DNA of 56,366 nucleotides from a virus (Duplodnaviria > Caudoviricetes). Location of the stretch: positions 1-56,366 of the IMG/VR virus record IMGVR_UViG_3300037840_000311; one strand, 5' to 3'. Below the pieces are notes generated by a model. The model ran no database searches. It was not told where the DNA came from and worked only from the letters and a program-made list of their open reading frames with translations. Numbering within the stretch: position 1 is the first letter of the stretch; every line of letters starts with the position of its first letter. Positions 8,626-18,274 of the stretch are shown piece by piece. The position numbers and the translations under genes are program-made.

Positions 8626-9939
8626 ATGTTTGACCGGCCCTTGCCGCAGGATATCCCCGCCGAAAAACTGATCCTAGGATCGCTGATCCTAGACCATGCG
8701 GCGCATGCGGAAGTTTTCAACTTGATCCAGCCGGAAGACTTCACCCTGGAAAAACACCGGCGCATCTTTGGCGCGATGAAGGCGATGGACTCGACAGGGG
8801 ATGTAATCGACCGAATCACTATTGCGAGGCGGCTGGACGATCTAAAACAATTGCAATCGATAGACGGACTAGCGTATCTCGTCTCGCTTGACGACGGGCT
8901 CCCGCAAATTCCACACCTCGATTCCTACGTCGAAATCATCCGCGAGAAAGCGGCGCAGCGTAAAATCATCCTACTTGCTCAACACCTAATGAACCAAACG
9001 ATGGCGCGGGACACGGACGCCGCAGGTCTGGTTTCGCTCGCCGAACAGATGTTGATGGATGTCAACTACAAAGCCGACGAGACGGCGGAAACCCTGAAAC
9101 CCGGCGAAGTGGTGGAGCAAGAAGGGGGAATCGAAAAGTTCCTCTATCCCACTCCGGGAGTCGCTACACCATGGGCGCGGTTTTCTGAAGTGACCGGAGG
9201 TTATCGCCGTGGCGAACTCTTTATCATCGCCGGCAACCCGTCTATGGGAAAGAGCGCTCTGGCGATGCAGATCGCCATGAAGGTAGCGGAGGAAAGCCTA
9301 GGTGTCAATGTTTTCAGTTTGGAAATGTCGCGCGTGTCCTGGGTGAAGCGGATGGCCTGTTACAAAGCCCGCGTCGATGGAGCAAAACTACGAGCTGGCT
9401 ACCTCAACAAGGAAGAACGCGACCGACTCCGCATCGCTATCAACGCGATTTCAGGCTGGCCCCTTTGGATTGCGGAACACGGAATCTCGACGGTGCCAGC
9501 GATCCGTTCCGCACTTCGCAAGAGGCGCGCGAAGCAGGATATTTTCATGGTAGTAGTCGATTACCTTCAACTTTTGCAATCGATAGGCAAGCACTCCAAC
9601 CGAAGCAACGAGGTATCGGAAATCACGCGTCAGTTGAAATTGATGGCGGTCGATGAAAAAGTGAACATGCAAGTCCTGTCGCAGTTGAACCGCGACAACA
9701 TGAAAGAGCGCCGGCCGCCAGAACTGCGAGACCTCCGGGAATCAGGATCGATCGAGCAGGATGCCGACGCGACAGCGTTCGTGTGGCGCCCGGAAATGCT
9801 GTTTCGGGACCGCGAAGACCTCCGCGGCGAAGCGGAGTTGATTCTAGCCAAGCAGCGGAATGGCCCAACTGGGAAAATCAGGCTGACGTGGTTAGGACAT
9901 CTTACGGCCTTTGAAAATCGAGCAGAGGATACCGAATGA
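8626..9939 (+). CDS. dnaB: Replicative DNA helicase DnaB
   Basis: GNPSMGKS, FSLEM, VVDYLQL, LSQLNR, DLRESGSIEQDAD, KQRNGPTG. Confidence 0.97.
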   Translation: MFDRPLPQDIPAEKLILGSLILDHAAHAEVFNLIQPEDFTLEKHRRIFGAMKAMDSTGDVIDRITIARRLDDLKQLQSIDGLAYLVSLDDGLPQIPHLDSYVEIIREKAAQRKIILLAQHLMNQTMARDTDAAGLVSLAEQMLMDVNYKADETAETLKPGEVVEQEGGIEKFLYPTPGVATPWARFSEVTGGYRRGELFIIAGNPSMGKSALAMQIAMKVAEESLGVNVFSLEMSRVSWVKRMACYKARVDGAKLRAGYLNKEERDRLRIAINAISGWPLWIAEHGISTVPAIRSALRKRRAKQDIFMVVVDYLQLLQSIGKHSNRSNEVSEITRQLKLMAVDEKVNMQVLSQLNRDNMKERRPPELRDLRESGSIEQDADATAFVWRPEMLFRDREDLRGEAELILAKQRNGPTGKIRLTWLGHLTAFENRAEDTE

Positions 9940-10112
9940 CCGACGACGAGCAATACGCCGATGAAAAACTGATCGAAGCGAAAGACCTTATTAAACTCGG
10001 CTTTGGAGCACTCAACCCGGCGCCCAAGGAACCATCAGCCGTAGCGATTCTGGCGGTACTCGATTCCATCGACGCAGCCCGGAAGGCGCTGAAAGAGAGG
10101 ATGCCGGCATGA
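9936..10112 (+). CDS. Small hypothetical protein
   Basis: 58-aa ORF with ATGA overlaps at both ends. Confidence 0.6.
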   Translation: MTDDEQYADEKLIEAKDLIKLGFGALNPAPKEPSAVAILAVLDSIDAARKALKERMPA

Positions 10113-10429
10113 GCGAGCATCAATGTCACGCAGTGGGATGCGCCGCTCTTGTTCCGCCCAAAATGCACATGTGCCTAAAGCACTGGCGCATGGTTCCAGA
10201 AGCCGTCAGGAATCTCATCTGGAAGCATTACCGACCCGGCCAGGAGATCGACAATCAACCATCGCTCGAATACATCATGACGGCCTTCGTCTCGATTTCA
10301 TGCGTTGCGCTGAAAGAAGGGCAACCGTTGCCCAAGTTGACGCAACGATTAAATAGTTTGGAGTTTGGCCGCGACACTTTGCCCGATTCGGAATCGGTAT
10401 TGCGCGAAGATCAGGAGAGCGCTTCGTGA
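10109..10429 (+). CDS. Hypothetical protein with Cys/His motif
   Basis: HQCHAVGC...MCLKHWRMVP. Confidence 0.7.
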   Translation: MSEHQCHAVGCAALVPPKMHMCLKHWRMVPEAVRNLIWKHYRPGQEIDNQPSLEYIMTAFVSISCVALKEGQPLPKLTQRLNSLEFGRDTLPDSESVLREDQESAS

Positions 10430-10615
10430 CGCCAAGAGAGGCAGTTATCGAACTTGAGCGAGCCATAGCCCAGGCGATTGTAAAATACGAGATTGCCGTA
10501 CCAAGCGGCATTTGTATCGGCATTTTTGTAGACAGGCAGGCCGATGGATTCAAGGTGAAACCCCGCCTAAAAACACGTCCGGCATTGCGCGGAGATCAGG
10601 AGAGTGTTTCGTGAC
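10399..10615 (+). repeat. 32-bp imperfect direct repeats (10399-10430, 10584-10615) around gene 10426..10614
   Basis: ATTGCGCG(A/G)AGATCAGGAGAG(C/T)G(C/T)TTCGTGAC, 29/32 identical; includes RBS and start codon. Confidence 0.85.
10426..10614 (+). CDS. Small hypothetical protein
   Basis: AGGAG RBS, coupled. Confidence 0.6.
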   Translation: MTPREAVIELERAIAQAIVKYEIAVPSGICIGIFVDRQADGFKVKPRLKTRPALRGDQESVS

Positions 10616-11240
10616 CCTACCAACACAAGGCCAAGTTGATCCCTATCGGGTGGTAACGTCGCGACTTGGCGACTGGATTCAGACATTCACCGGGCTCGTC
10701 ATGTATCCACTCGATCCGCGACCGGAAGAGATTTGTATCGAAGACATCGCCCACGCCCTATCAAATCTGTGCCGATTCACCGGGCATTGCCGAGAGTTCT
10801 ACAGCGTTGCGGAGCATAGCGTCAGGGTCAGTTATGCCTGCGACCCGAAGGATGCTTTGTGGGGATTGTTGCACGATGCGCCAGAAGCTTATCTTGCCGA
10901 CATGAGCCGGCCCGTGAAGCGATATTCAGAATTTGGCGCGATCTATCGCCAGATTGAAGCGCGGCTCATGGATCAGATCGTTATTAAATTCGGGCTTTCT
11001 CAATTCGGCACGCCGGCCAGCGTGGAGTACGCCGACACCGTTTTACTGATGACTGAAAAGCGCGACCTGATGCACGGCTGCAACAAAGCATGGGAAGACA
11101 CGGCAGAGCCGCTCGAAGATATCATTCGACCGCGCTATCCCTACGATGCGCGCCAGATGTTTTTGAAGCGTTTCCGCCAACTCACAGCCAACGAGCGGAG
11201 CGCCCGCATAGAATCGCCCGATAGCCAACATTCAAAATAG
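10611..11240 (+). CDS. HD-domain phosphohydrolase (YfbR-like 5'-deoxynucleotidase)
   Basis: DIAHALSNLCRFTGH, FYSVAEHS, LLHDAPEAY. Confidence 0.92.
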   Translation: MTLPTQGQVDPYRVVTSRLGDWIQTFTGLVMYPLDPRPEEICIEDIAHALSNLCRFTGHCREFYSVAEHSVRVSYACDPKDALWGLLHDAPEAYLADMSRPVKRYSEFGAIYRQIEARLMDQIVIKFGLSQFGTPASVEYADTVLLMTEKRDLMHGCNKAWEDTAEPLEDIIRPRYPYDARQMFLKRFRQLTANERSARIESPDSQHSK

Positions 11241-11252
11241 GAAAACGCGAAC

Positions 11253-14081
11253 ATGGATAAGATTGAAAATCAGAGCTTGGGAGCACCACTCCAAACGGAC
11301 CCGGACCCGTCAGGGCGCGGCGGCATGCGGGAGAACTGCCCATCATGCAAGGTTCACCGCGGACACAAAGCGGGATGCCCACAAGCAAACGAAGTCGCAG
11401 ACCCGGCGGATTACTCCATTGAAGCCTACCGCGAATTCCTCAGAGCAAAATGCAATCTCCCGCAAGAGCTCGGCGTACCCGTCGAACCCGGCGACCTCCC
11501 GCTAACCTTCCCGAGCGGCTTCGAGTTGAAACCCCACCAGGCCGCGGCAATCATCTGGGGAGCAAAAGGCGGCCGGCGCGCGCTGTTTGAATCCTTCGGA
11601 CTGGGCAAGACGGTACAGCAACTCTTGATACTTTGGCTTATCCTTCGAGCACTGGCAAAGAAAGGCCAGAACGGTAGAGCCCTGATCGTGGCGCCGCTGG
11701 GCGTACGCCAGGAATTCATGCGGGACGCGCAGTGCGTCGGAATCGAGTTGAAATTCGTCAGGCGCATTGAAGAGTGCGAAGAGACCGGCATCTACCTCAC
11801 CAATTACGAAACCGTGCGAGACGGCAAACTCGACCCGGCGCAATTCGTCGCCGCGAGTCTTGACGAAGCAAGCATCCTGTCATCCTTCGGCGGTACGAAA
11901 ACCTTCCGCGAATTCATGCGCCTGTTTGAAAGCGTGCCCTACCGCTTCGTGGCGACGGCAACACCGGACCCAAACGAGTACATCGAGCTGCTCGCTTACG
12001 CGGCATTCTTGGGAATCATGGACGTGAGCCAGGCGAAGACGCGGTTTTTCAAACGCGACTCGGTACACGCTGATAAACTTACGCTGCATCCGCACAAGGA
12101 GAAAGAATTCTGGTTTTGGTGCTCCACCTGGGGATTGTTCCTGTATCGCCCGTCAGACTTGGGCTACGACGATACCGGATATGCAGTTCCCCCGCTGGAA
12201 GTCATCAAGCACGAAGTCAAAGTAGACCACTCGACCGCGCCGGAAGAAAAAGACGGCCAAGGAAGAATGTTCCGCGAGGCGTCCCACGGAGTGAGCGAAG
12301 CGGCTCGAGAAAAGCGCGACACCCTACCGGAACGAATCGCGAAGATGGAGGAGATTTTAGAAGCGGAGCCGGAGAAGCATTTCATCATCTGGCATGACCT
12401 CGAAGCGGAACGGCATGCTATTGAGAAAACGGTACCCAACGTGGTCAGTGTGTACGGAGGACTTCGGGCAAAACCGGGAGGCGATGAAGAAATCGCGGAC
12501 GCGGTAGCCAGATTCTCGGATGGGGAGATTCAATACATCGCCGGCAAGCCCGTGATGCTGGGCGCCGGCGTCAACTGGCAGCGGCATTGTGCGGATGCGA
12601 TCTTTCTCGGGATCGGCTTCAAATTCCGCGACTGGATTCAAGCCATCAAGCGTATCCATCGTTTTTTACAGACGCGCACCGTCCGAATCCATCTGATTTA
12701 CGCAGAATCGGAGCGCCTCATCCTCGAGAACCTCATACAAAAATGGGAGCGCCACAAAGAGCAATCGGCGCGCATGAGCGAGATCATCCGCGAGTACGGA
12801 CTCTCCCAGGCGGCAATTCAAAGCGTGCTTGCCCGTGCAATGGGAATCGAACGCGCCGAAGTTCAAACCGAAACCTGCAAGCTGGTGAACAATGACAGCG
12901 TAGAAGAACTCGAAACGATGGCGCCGAACAGCGTCGATTTAGTTCTGACCTCGATACCGTTCAGCACGCAATACGAATATACGCCGTCGTACAACGATTT
13001 TGGACACACGGACGGGAATGAGCACTTTTTCGCGCAGATGGATTTTCTAACCCCGCGGCTTTTGAAAGTCCTGAAACCCGGCCGCGTCTGCGCGATCCAC
13101 GTCAAGGACCGGATCGTCCCAGGCGGCATCACAGGCCTCGGCTTCCAGACCGTGTATCGTTTCCACTCGAAAACCGCCGACCACTTCGAGAAACACGGAT
13201 TCGCCTACATGGGAATGAAGACAATCGTCACCGACGTAGTACGAGAGAACAACCAGACGTACCGCTTAGGCTGGACAGAGCAATGTAAAGACGGTACGAA
13301 AATGGGCGTCGGGATGCCGGAATATCTTCTGATCTTTCGGAAGCCCCCAACCGATACGACCAACGCCTACGCCGACGATCCCGTAGTCAAGCATAAATCG
13401 CTTTGCATCGACAGCGAGACGGGAGAGATCGCGCCCTACGACAAAGACAACCGAAACCAGAACATTATTCCAACATCAGAAGGGAAGGATTGGGAAGAGA
13501 AGACCGGATACTCCCGCGCCCGCTGGCAGTTGGACGCGCACGGGTACGAGCGATCGAGCGGCGACCGGCTCTTGACGGCGGAAGACCTGGAAGGCATCGC
13601 CCATGCTTCGATCTACAAAAAGTACCGGCATCATTCCATGACGACGGTGTACGACTATGAGCACCACGTCGCCATTGCGGAATCGCTCGAAGCGAAAAAG
13701 ATCCTGCCCGTCAAGTTTATGCTCCTGCCCCCGCAGTCCTGGCACCCCGACGTGTGGACCGACATTACCCGAATGCGAACGTTGAACGGGGCGCAATCAG
13801 CGAAGGGAAGGGAGATGCATCTTTGCCCCATGCAGTTCGATTTAGCAAACCGGGTCATACGCCAGTGCTCCCAGGAAGGGGAGACGGTTTTAGATCCGTT
13901 CGGCGGCTTGCACACAGTCGCGTATTGCGCTGTACCGCTCAAGCGAAAGTCAGTCAGCATCGAACTGAACCCGCGCTATCACTTCGATGGAACCGCCTAC
14001 GTGAAACTGGCAGAGCAGAAGCTGAACGCGCCGACTTTGTTCGATATGTCGGAATACTTGCAGCCCGAAGAGGAGGACTAA
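11253..14081 (+). CDS. SF2/SNF2-like helicase fused to an N4/N6 DNA methyltransferase
   Basis: GLGKT, LDEAS, TAT, QAIKRIHRF; SIPF catalytic-like motif, HLCP, VLDPFGG. Confidence 0.9.
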   Translation: MDKIENQSLGAPLQTDPDPSGRGGMRENCPSCKVHRGHKAGCPQANEVADPADYSIEAYREFLRAKCNLPQELGVPVEPGDLPLTFPSGFELKPHQAAAIIWGAKGGRRALFESFGLGKTVQQLLILWLILRALAKKGQNGRALIVAPLGVRQEFMRDAQCVGIELKFVRRIEECEETGIYLTNYETVRDGKLDPAQFVAASLDEASILSSFGGTKTFREFMRLFESVPYRFVATATPDPNEYIELLAYAAFLGIMDVSQAKTRFFKRDSVHADKLTLHPHKEKEFWFWCSTWGLFLYRPSDLGYDDTGYAVPPLEVIKHEVKVDHSTAPEEKDGQGRMFREASHGVSEAAREKRDTLPERIAKMEEILEAEPEKHFIIWHDLEAERHAIEKTVPNVVSVYGGLRAKPGGDEEIADAVARFSDGEIQYIAGKPVMLGAGVNWQRHCADAIFLGIGFKFRDWIQAIKRIHRFLQTRTVRIHLIYAESERLILENLIQKWERHKEQSARMSEIIREYGLSQAAIQSVLARAMGIERAEVQTETCKLVNNDSVEELETMAPNSVDLVLTSIPFSTQYEYTPSYNDFGHTDGNEHFFAQMDFLTPRLLKVLKPGRVCAIHVKDRIVPGGITGLGFQTVYRFHSKTADHFEKHGFAYMGMKTIVTDVVRENNQTYRLGWTEQCKDGTKMGVGMPEYLLIFRKPPTDTTNAYADDPVVKHKSLCIDSETGEIAPYDKDNRNQNIIPTSEGKDWEEKTGYSRARWQLDAHGYERSSGDRLLTAEDLEGIAHASIYKKYRHHSMTTVYDYEHHVAIAESLEAKKILPVKFMLLPPQSWHPDVWTDITRMRTLNGAQSAKGREMHLCPMQFDLANRVIRQCSQEGETVLDPFGGLHTVAYCAVPLKRKSVSIELNPRYHFDGTAYVKLAEQKLNAPTLFDMSEYLQPEEED

Positions 14082-14152
14082 ATTGCAGCGCTCCCACCTG
14101 TCGAAACCTTAGAAAAAGTACCAGCCAACCTATTAAAATCTTCCGAAAGGGA

Positions 14153-14181
14153 TTGACAGACGCAGAGAGTACGGTTATGAT
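14153..14181 (+). promoter_or_regulatory. Sigma70-like promoter
   Basis: TTGACA-17-TATGAT. Confidence 0.75.
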
Positions 14182-14216
14182 CGTCTACGACCATCAGTAA
14201 GGGCATTTGACGACCA

Positions 14217-14450
14217 ATGGTTACAGCCAAAAGACTCGCAGACGGGCGCTATGAGTGCCAGAACTGCTTGAAACGATTTAAGCGTAGCGAATCCAAGAAA
14301 TCCACCATAGAGCCAAAGTTCTGCGGTGACAACTGCCGCAAGGAATTTCACAAGACCGGCGCTCTATCGTTGCGAAAGATTCAGTCTTTCGTGAAGAAGT
14401 GGGTACGGGAAGAGTGGGCCGCTATCAAGGCGGAAGAGGCGCGCGCATGA
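14217..14450 (+). CDS. Small zinc-finger protein
   Basis: CQNC ... FCGDNCR. Confidence 0.7.
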   Translation: MVTAKRLADGRYECQNCLKRFKRSESKKSTIEPKFCGDNCRKEFHKTGALSLRKIQSFVKKWVREEWAAIKAEEARA

Positions 14451-14662
14451 CGTGGTTTGTCGTGAAACTCGTGTTCAATTTAGCTCTGTTCGTCAGCACT
14501 GGACTGGCAGGCATTCAGGCACTTCGTAACCACACGGATGCCGGATGGGTAGCGGGATTCGTGTTTTGCTCCTCAGGCAGTGCGCTGTTTGGTGCTGCTT
14601 TTTCGCGGCGACCGTTAATAGACGGGCCAGACCGATCCAAGCCGGAGGAGTTGCGCACATGA
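14447..14662 (+). CDS. Small membrane protein
   Basis: Two hydrophobic segments; coupled. Confidence 0.6.
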   Translation: MTWFVVKLVFNLALFVSTGLAGIQALRNHTDAGWVAGFVFCSSGSALFGAAFSRRPLIDGPDRSKPEELRT

Positions 14663-14943
14663 ACACCACTACGCGGACCTCCCACCGGAAACCTTCGCGC
14701 ACAGCCGCCATTCAACCTAAAAGCATTCTTTCAGAAGCGGCCCAAAAGACTTTCGACGCAGCCCTCAATAAAGCTTACGACCAAGGCGTATCAGATTGTG
14801 AAAACGGCACCCGAGATCATCCCCCTTATGGGTTCTCAGATTTACAACAAGCATGGAGATTAGGATGGTTAGCAGCGAAGCAGCGTAAAGATGGTTTGGG
14901 CTCAACAGCGCAACAAGGTCTGAAGAGAACAGGAGCGCGGTAG
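14659..14943 (+). CDS. Hypothetical protein ending through a left half-site
   Basis: AYDQG...WRLGW; GGAG RBS. Confidence 0.6.
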   Translation: MNTTTRTSHRKPSRTAAIQPKSILSEAAQKTFDAALNKAYDQGVSDCENGTRDHPPYGFSDLQQAWRLGWLAAKQRKDGLGSTAQQGLKRTGAR

Positions 14944-14944
14944 C
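14895..14944 (+). repeat. Left half-site
   Basis: TTTGGGCTCAACAGCG...GGAGCGCGGTAGC. Confidence 0.85.
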
Positions 14945-14945
14945 G

Positions 14946-15326
14946 ATGGGAAAACCAAGCGTTCCATTGGACGAGGCCACCTTCTGGAATCGCCACTACC
15001 TGTGGATTGAAAAGCAACTTATCAATGCTCGCGCCGTCGTAACGGGATTGGAGCGGGAATTGGATATCGCCGTTGACCGATTGGCTGAAATAGGATGTCC
15101 AAATCCTAAAGCGCTCTGCCGACTGTGCGGACATCGGGCCGAAGTCCACTTGACGGAATATGGCATAGATCGCGGTTGTTTTATTCTGAACTGCCCGTGC
15201 GTGCAATTTATGAACGCCGATGTAGCGGACGATGCAGCCAACGAGCGGCTACCCCGTCCCAACACCGAGACAGCCTCCATTCAACAACCCAAACGGGAAG
15301 AAAGCATTCCCCGAATTATCCCATGA
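14946..15326 (+). CDS. Hypothetical protein (Cys-rich C-terminal half)
   Basis: CRLCGH...C...CPC. Confidence 0.6.
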   Translation: MGKPSVPLDEATFWNRHYLWIEKQLINARAVVTGLERELDIAVDRLAEIGCPNPKALCRLCGHRAEVHLTEYGIDRGCFILNCPCVQFMNADVADDAANERLPRPNTETASIQQPKREESIPRIIP

Positions 15327-15553
15327 CCCCCACCCGCTTACGTCAAATCGCCGACCGCATGGAACGAGTCTGCTCTAATTACCAAGAGTTGATAGGCGTA
15401 GGATACAAAGCCTGCCGATCCTGCCAGGATGTGGCGGCGGAACTGCGAGTCTTCGCAGCTAAGTTTGACAAGGGCGAGCAGCCAAGGACCGGGCCAACGC
15501 CGCTGGAAGTGCGGGACCATTTACCGAAGCCGACAGGACCGGCAGCCGCATGA
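15323..15553 (+). CDS. Hypothetical protein
   Basis: ATGA coupling. Confidence 0.5.
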   Translation: MTPTRLRQIADRMERVCSNYQELIGVGYKACRSCQDVAAELRVFAAKFDKGEQPRTGPTPLEVRDHLPKPTGPAAA

Positions 15554-15697
15554 AACAGCGCAGCCAGAATTACCCTGACCTTCCGAGAACTAAAGCGGAG
15601 AAATACGAATTTATGCGCCAGCGGCAGCAACGCAAGAAACGACTGAAACGAGACAGCCGCAAAACTCCCGCGCACGTCAAAGCGGAGATGGATACCT

Positions 15698-16018
15698 CTA
15701 CATCTTAGAATTAGACGGCGGCAACATCGTGGCGCCCACGATACCGCTCGACATCTGAGAGTAGGCGCGCAAGCTCAATTGCATCTCTTCAAGGTTCACT
15801 AATTCCTGATTGATCTTGGCCGTTAGGTAGTTATGGATGGCGGTTTGCACTGGCTGCTGTTTATCTTCGTCTCGAAAGTTGAAATGCTTTGCGATGACAT
15901 CGACGGCACAGGTCCGCATCTTACTCAGCGAATCGATCTCCAACATCTTCGCATCGACCCGCTTTTTAATATTCGATATCGCGTGTTCCAATTGCTGCTT
16001 GCTCAATTGTGGGCTCAT
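15698..16018 (-). CDS. Hypothetical protein
   Basis: Last gene of a coupled leftward operon. Confidence 0.65.
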   Translation of the reverse strand: MSPQLSKQQLEHAISNIKKRVDAKMLEIDSLSKMRTCAVDVIAKHFNFRDEDKQQPVQTAIHNYLTAKINQELVNLEEMQLSLRAYSQMSSGIVGATMLPPSNSKM

Positions 16019-16410
16019 ACGATTGGTGTCACGTCGATGGTTTCGCCTTCGGAATCTTCGCTACCCTCGTCATCGTCACCCGATTCATCGCTATCGAAAT
16101 CCGTTGGAACCAATTTAACGACAGGACCAGCGAGCGGCTTAACCGTGGGGAAATCGGTAATGTCGTAGATTGGGACGCTGTTGCAAGGCATCGAAATATG
16201 CAACGGGTCCGGGTCTTCGGCGACAAACTTCTCGGCCGCGGTGAGTTGCGTTTCCGATCCTCGCAAATATAGCCCGTACACTCGTCCATCGGCGGCAACC
16301 GCTGAGGAGACGCTACAGAATGGCTGTTCTGCCTGATAGCTCTCTTCACCATTCGATTCGAGGATGACTAAGAGAAAGTGTTGGTCTGAGAATTCTATAT
16401 GGAAGGTCAT
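16015..16410 (-). CDS. Acidic hypothetical protein
   Basis: Coupled; D/E-rich tail. Confidence 0.65.
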   Translation of the reverse strand: MTFHIEFSDQHFLLVILESNGEESYQAEQPFCSVSSAVAADGRVYGLYLRGSETQLTAAEKFVAEDPDPLHISMPCNSVPIYDITDFPTVKPLAGPVVKLVPTDFDSDESGDDDEGSEDSEGETIDVTPIV

Positions 16411-16679
16411 TGGAGATTCCTTTTTAGAGGTTGGCTATTGGGACTCGGCGCGGTTAAGGAGGACGGCGCGATGGCAGTGGTCACGGGTCCATCCAAGCCT
16501 AGTTCGTGGCATTCTTCGCATGGAATCGAAACCCGCTGATTAACGATTACATGGACGCGGTGACCGCATTCAAGTTTTAAATGATCCCCATCGGACAAGC
16601 GAACGCGGCTGACAACATTCCGATACGGCGGGAAGGATCGGAGTGGCAATCGAAATAACCAATTCCAAAAGCGTTTCAT
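16407..16679 (-). CDS. Hypothetical protein (LECGH...CEEC)
   Basis: Coupled ORF; zinc-ribbon-like. Confidence 0.55.
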   Translation of the reverse strand: MKRFWNWLFRLPLRSFPPYRNVVSRVRLSDGDHLKLECGHRVHVIVNQRVSIPCEECHELGLDGPVTTAIAPSSLTAPSPNSQPLKRNLQ

Positions 16680-17110
16680 TCCGGGGATCCTGGTAGAAAC
16701 CGGCAATTGGGGCAGCCTGCGGTTGCCGCTGTAGGTTTCACGGGCGGCTTGAACCCTTGCGCCACGGCTTTACCGGCAAGCTCTTCCCAGTACTTCAACA
16801 CGGCTGGCATGTCCGATTCTCGAATAAGGGAGTACGTTTTGCAATTCTGGCAAATCCACTCCCAGCCTGGCTCGGGCCGGAGAACGTAGGATACCTCTTG
16901 ATCGGCCTTAATTGGCTCGATTCGTTCCACGCGGCTGAAGACTCGACCGCTGCGCGTCATGTTGCGCCAGTGCTTTCCCCAGCGCGTTTTCCCCGCTGCC
17001 GTTTTCGCCTTTAGACGGGCGGCGCTTTCTCGCTTGTCTTGACGGAGCGCTTTTTGAATCGGGTCTAGCTTGGCGGGACGAGCGCGGAACTTCCGGGCAG
17101 TTCTTGTCAC
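16676..17110 (-). CDS. Basic hypothetical protein with CxxC pairs
   Basis: Coupled ORF. Confidence 0.6.
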   Translation of the reverse strand: MTRTARKFRARPAKLDPIQKALRQDKRESAARLKAKTAAGKTRWGKHWRNMTRSGRVFSRVERIEPIKADQEVSYVLRPEPGWEWICQNCKTYSLIRESDMPAVLKYWEELAGKAVAQGFKPPVKPTAATAGCPNCRFLPGSPE

Positions 17111-17484
17111 AGGCCCAAGTCCTCACGGTTGACGAAAGCTCCCCGGCGTTCCACCTGCCCGGCGTAAGCGGCTTGCTCACGCTCTTTTCGTCGCTCTCTC
17201 TTTTCGGCTGCGATGCAATCGGGACACCGATGGTTCGGCCCTTCGCGGTCTTCTGTGCTCCATCCGAAATGCGCGGCGGCTTCATTACCTTCGTCCTTGC
17301 TTGAAAACCATGCAATGTCCTCAGCGGTGACTTTTGCTAGGGGCTCCGGGATGCCTTGAGCGTTCATGCGCATTCCAGCCAGGGGCTTTCCATCTGGGGC
17401 CATCATGCGATAACATCCGCAACACATGACTCCGAGTCCTCTCAACTTTGGGAGTGGTGGGGGTTGCGGGAGATTGGAGCTCAT
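17107..17484 (-). CDS. Hypothetical protein with CxxC pairs
   Basis: CCGC ... CPDC. Confidence 0.65.
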   Translation of the reverse strand: MSSNLPQPPPLPKLRGLGVMCCGCYRMMAPDGKPLAGMRMNAQGIPEPLAKVTAEDIAWFSSKDEGNEAAAHFGWSTEDREGPNHRCPDCIAAEKRERRKEREQAAYAGQVERRGAFVNREDLGL

Positions 17485-17549
17485 GCGGCCTCCGCGCTAT
17501 CGAATGCCGGAAACCTTGACGGACTGGTGAACGGCGGTTTAACAATCAT
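17481..17549 (-). CDS. 22-aa linker ORF reading backwards through a solo right half-site
   Basis: MIVKPPFTSPSRFPAFDSAEAA; ATGA overlaps with both neighbours. Confidence 0.6.
   Translation of the reverse strand: MIVKPPFTSPSRFPAFDSAEAA
17489..17545 (+). repeat. Right half-site inside the leftward operon
   Basis: CCTCCGCGC...CCGGAAACCTT...CTGGTGAACGGCGGTTTA. Confidence 0.9.
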
Positions 17550-18274
17550 TCGTCTTCTCCAAGCACAGCCAGTACCGAGTGCTCTCCAATAATAAAGTAC
17601 GTTTCTCCATCTCCTAAATCGATTTGACGGTCGAAGCGTTGTACTGATGGGTGGTACCAGACTCGGTTTCCTACTTTGACGCTGAGTGGTATCAACTCAT
17701 CTTGACGGGCACGCCGAATCAACTCTTGATGCTTTTGAAATAAACGCAGGAAGAACTCCTCAGCATCATGCAGATCAGTCCTACCGCGCGGCGGTTCGAT
17801 ATGAAATTGCAAAGCATGCGCAAGCGCCTCAATCAGATCAGGCGATTTAGCCCGCCTCCCTGGCCCTACTGCTACTACTTCCGCTTCCACGAAGTTCAGC
17901 CCTGCTCCATTCTGCGGGATGATCCCCGTCGCGTTCTTCGGCAAGAGCGCTCGATTCGCTCGGAATACCAGATCCTTCAATGCTTCCTTGTCCGCATCCG
18001 TGAGGGGCATTCCGGTTAAGATGCGTTTCAGGCTCTCGGTGATGTCTTCGAACAGCCAGCGGTTGACGTATTGCAATTCTTCCGAGCCTGAGCCTGGGCC
18101 GTCGTCTTCTCCTTGGTGGGTGATTCGTTTTGCTGAGTCTGGGACTATGATGGAGCCTACTGATTCTGGTTGGATGAGGCGTATGATGATTTGATCGCCG
18201 AGGGGTCTGATGTTTTGAATACGGGCGGCACTGGCGCTGGAGAGTGGCGGGAGCGCGGCGGCGGTCTCGGTCAC
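17546..18274 (-). CDS. GroES/Cpn10-like co-chaperonin with two large insertions
   Basis: IRPLGDQIII, SIIVPDSAK, EVVAVGPG, PLSVKVGNRV, DGETYFIIGEHSVLAVL. Confidence 0.85.
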   Translation of the reverse strand: MTETAAALPPLSSASAARIQNIRPLGDQIIIRLIQPESVGSIIVPDSAKRITHQGEDDGPGSGSEELQYVNRWLFEDITESLKRILTGMPLTDADKEALKDLVFRANRALLPKNATGIIPQNGAGLNFVEAEVVAVGPGRRAKSPDLIEALAHALQFHIEPPRGRTDLHDAEEFFLRLFQKHQELIRRARQDELIPLSVKVGNRVWYHPSVQRFDRQIDLGDGETYFIIGEHSVLAVLGEDE

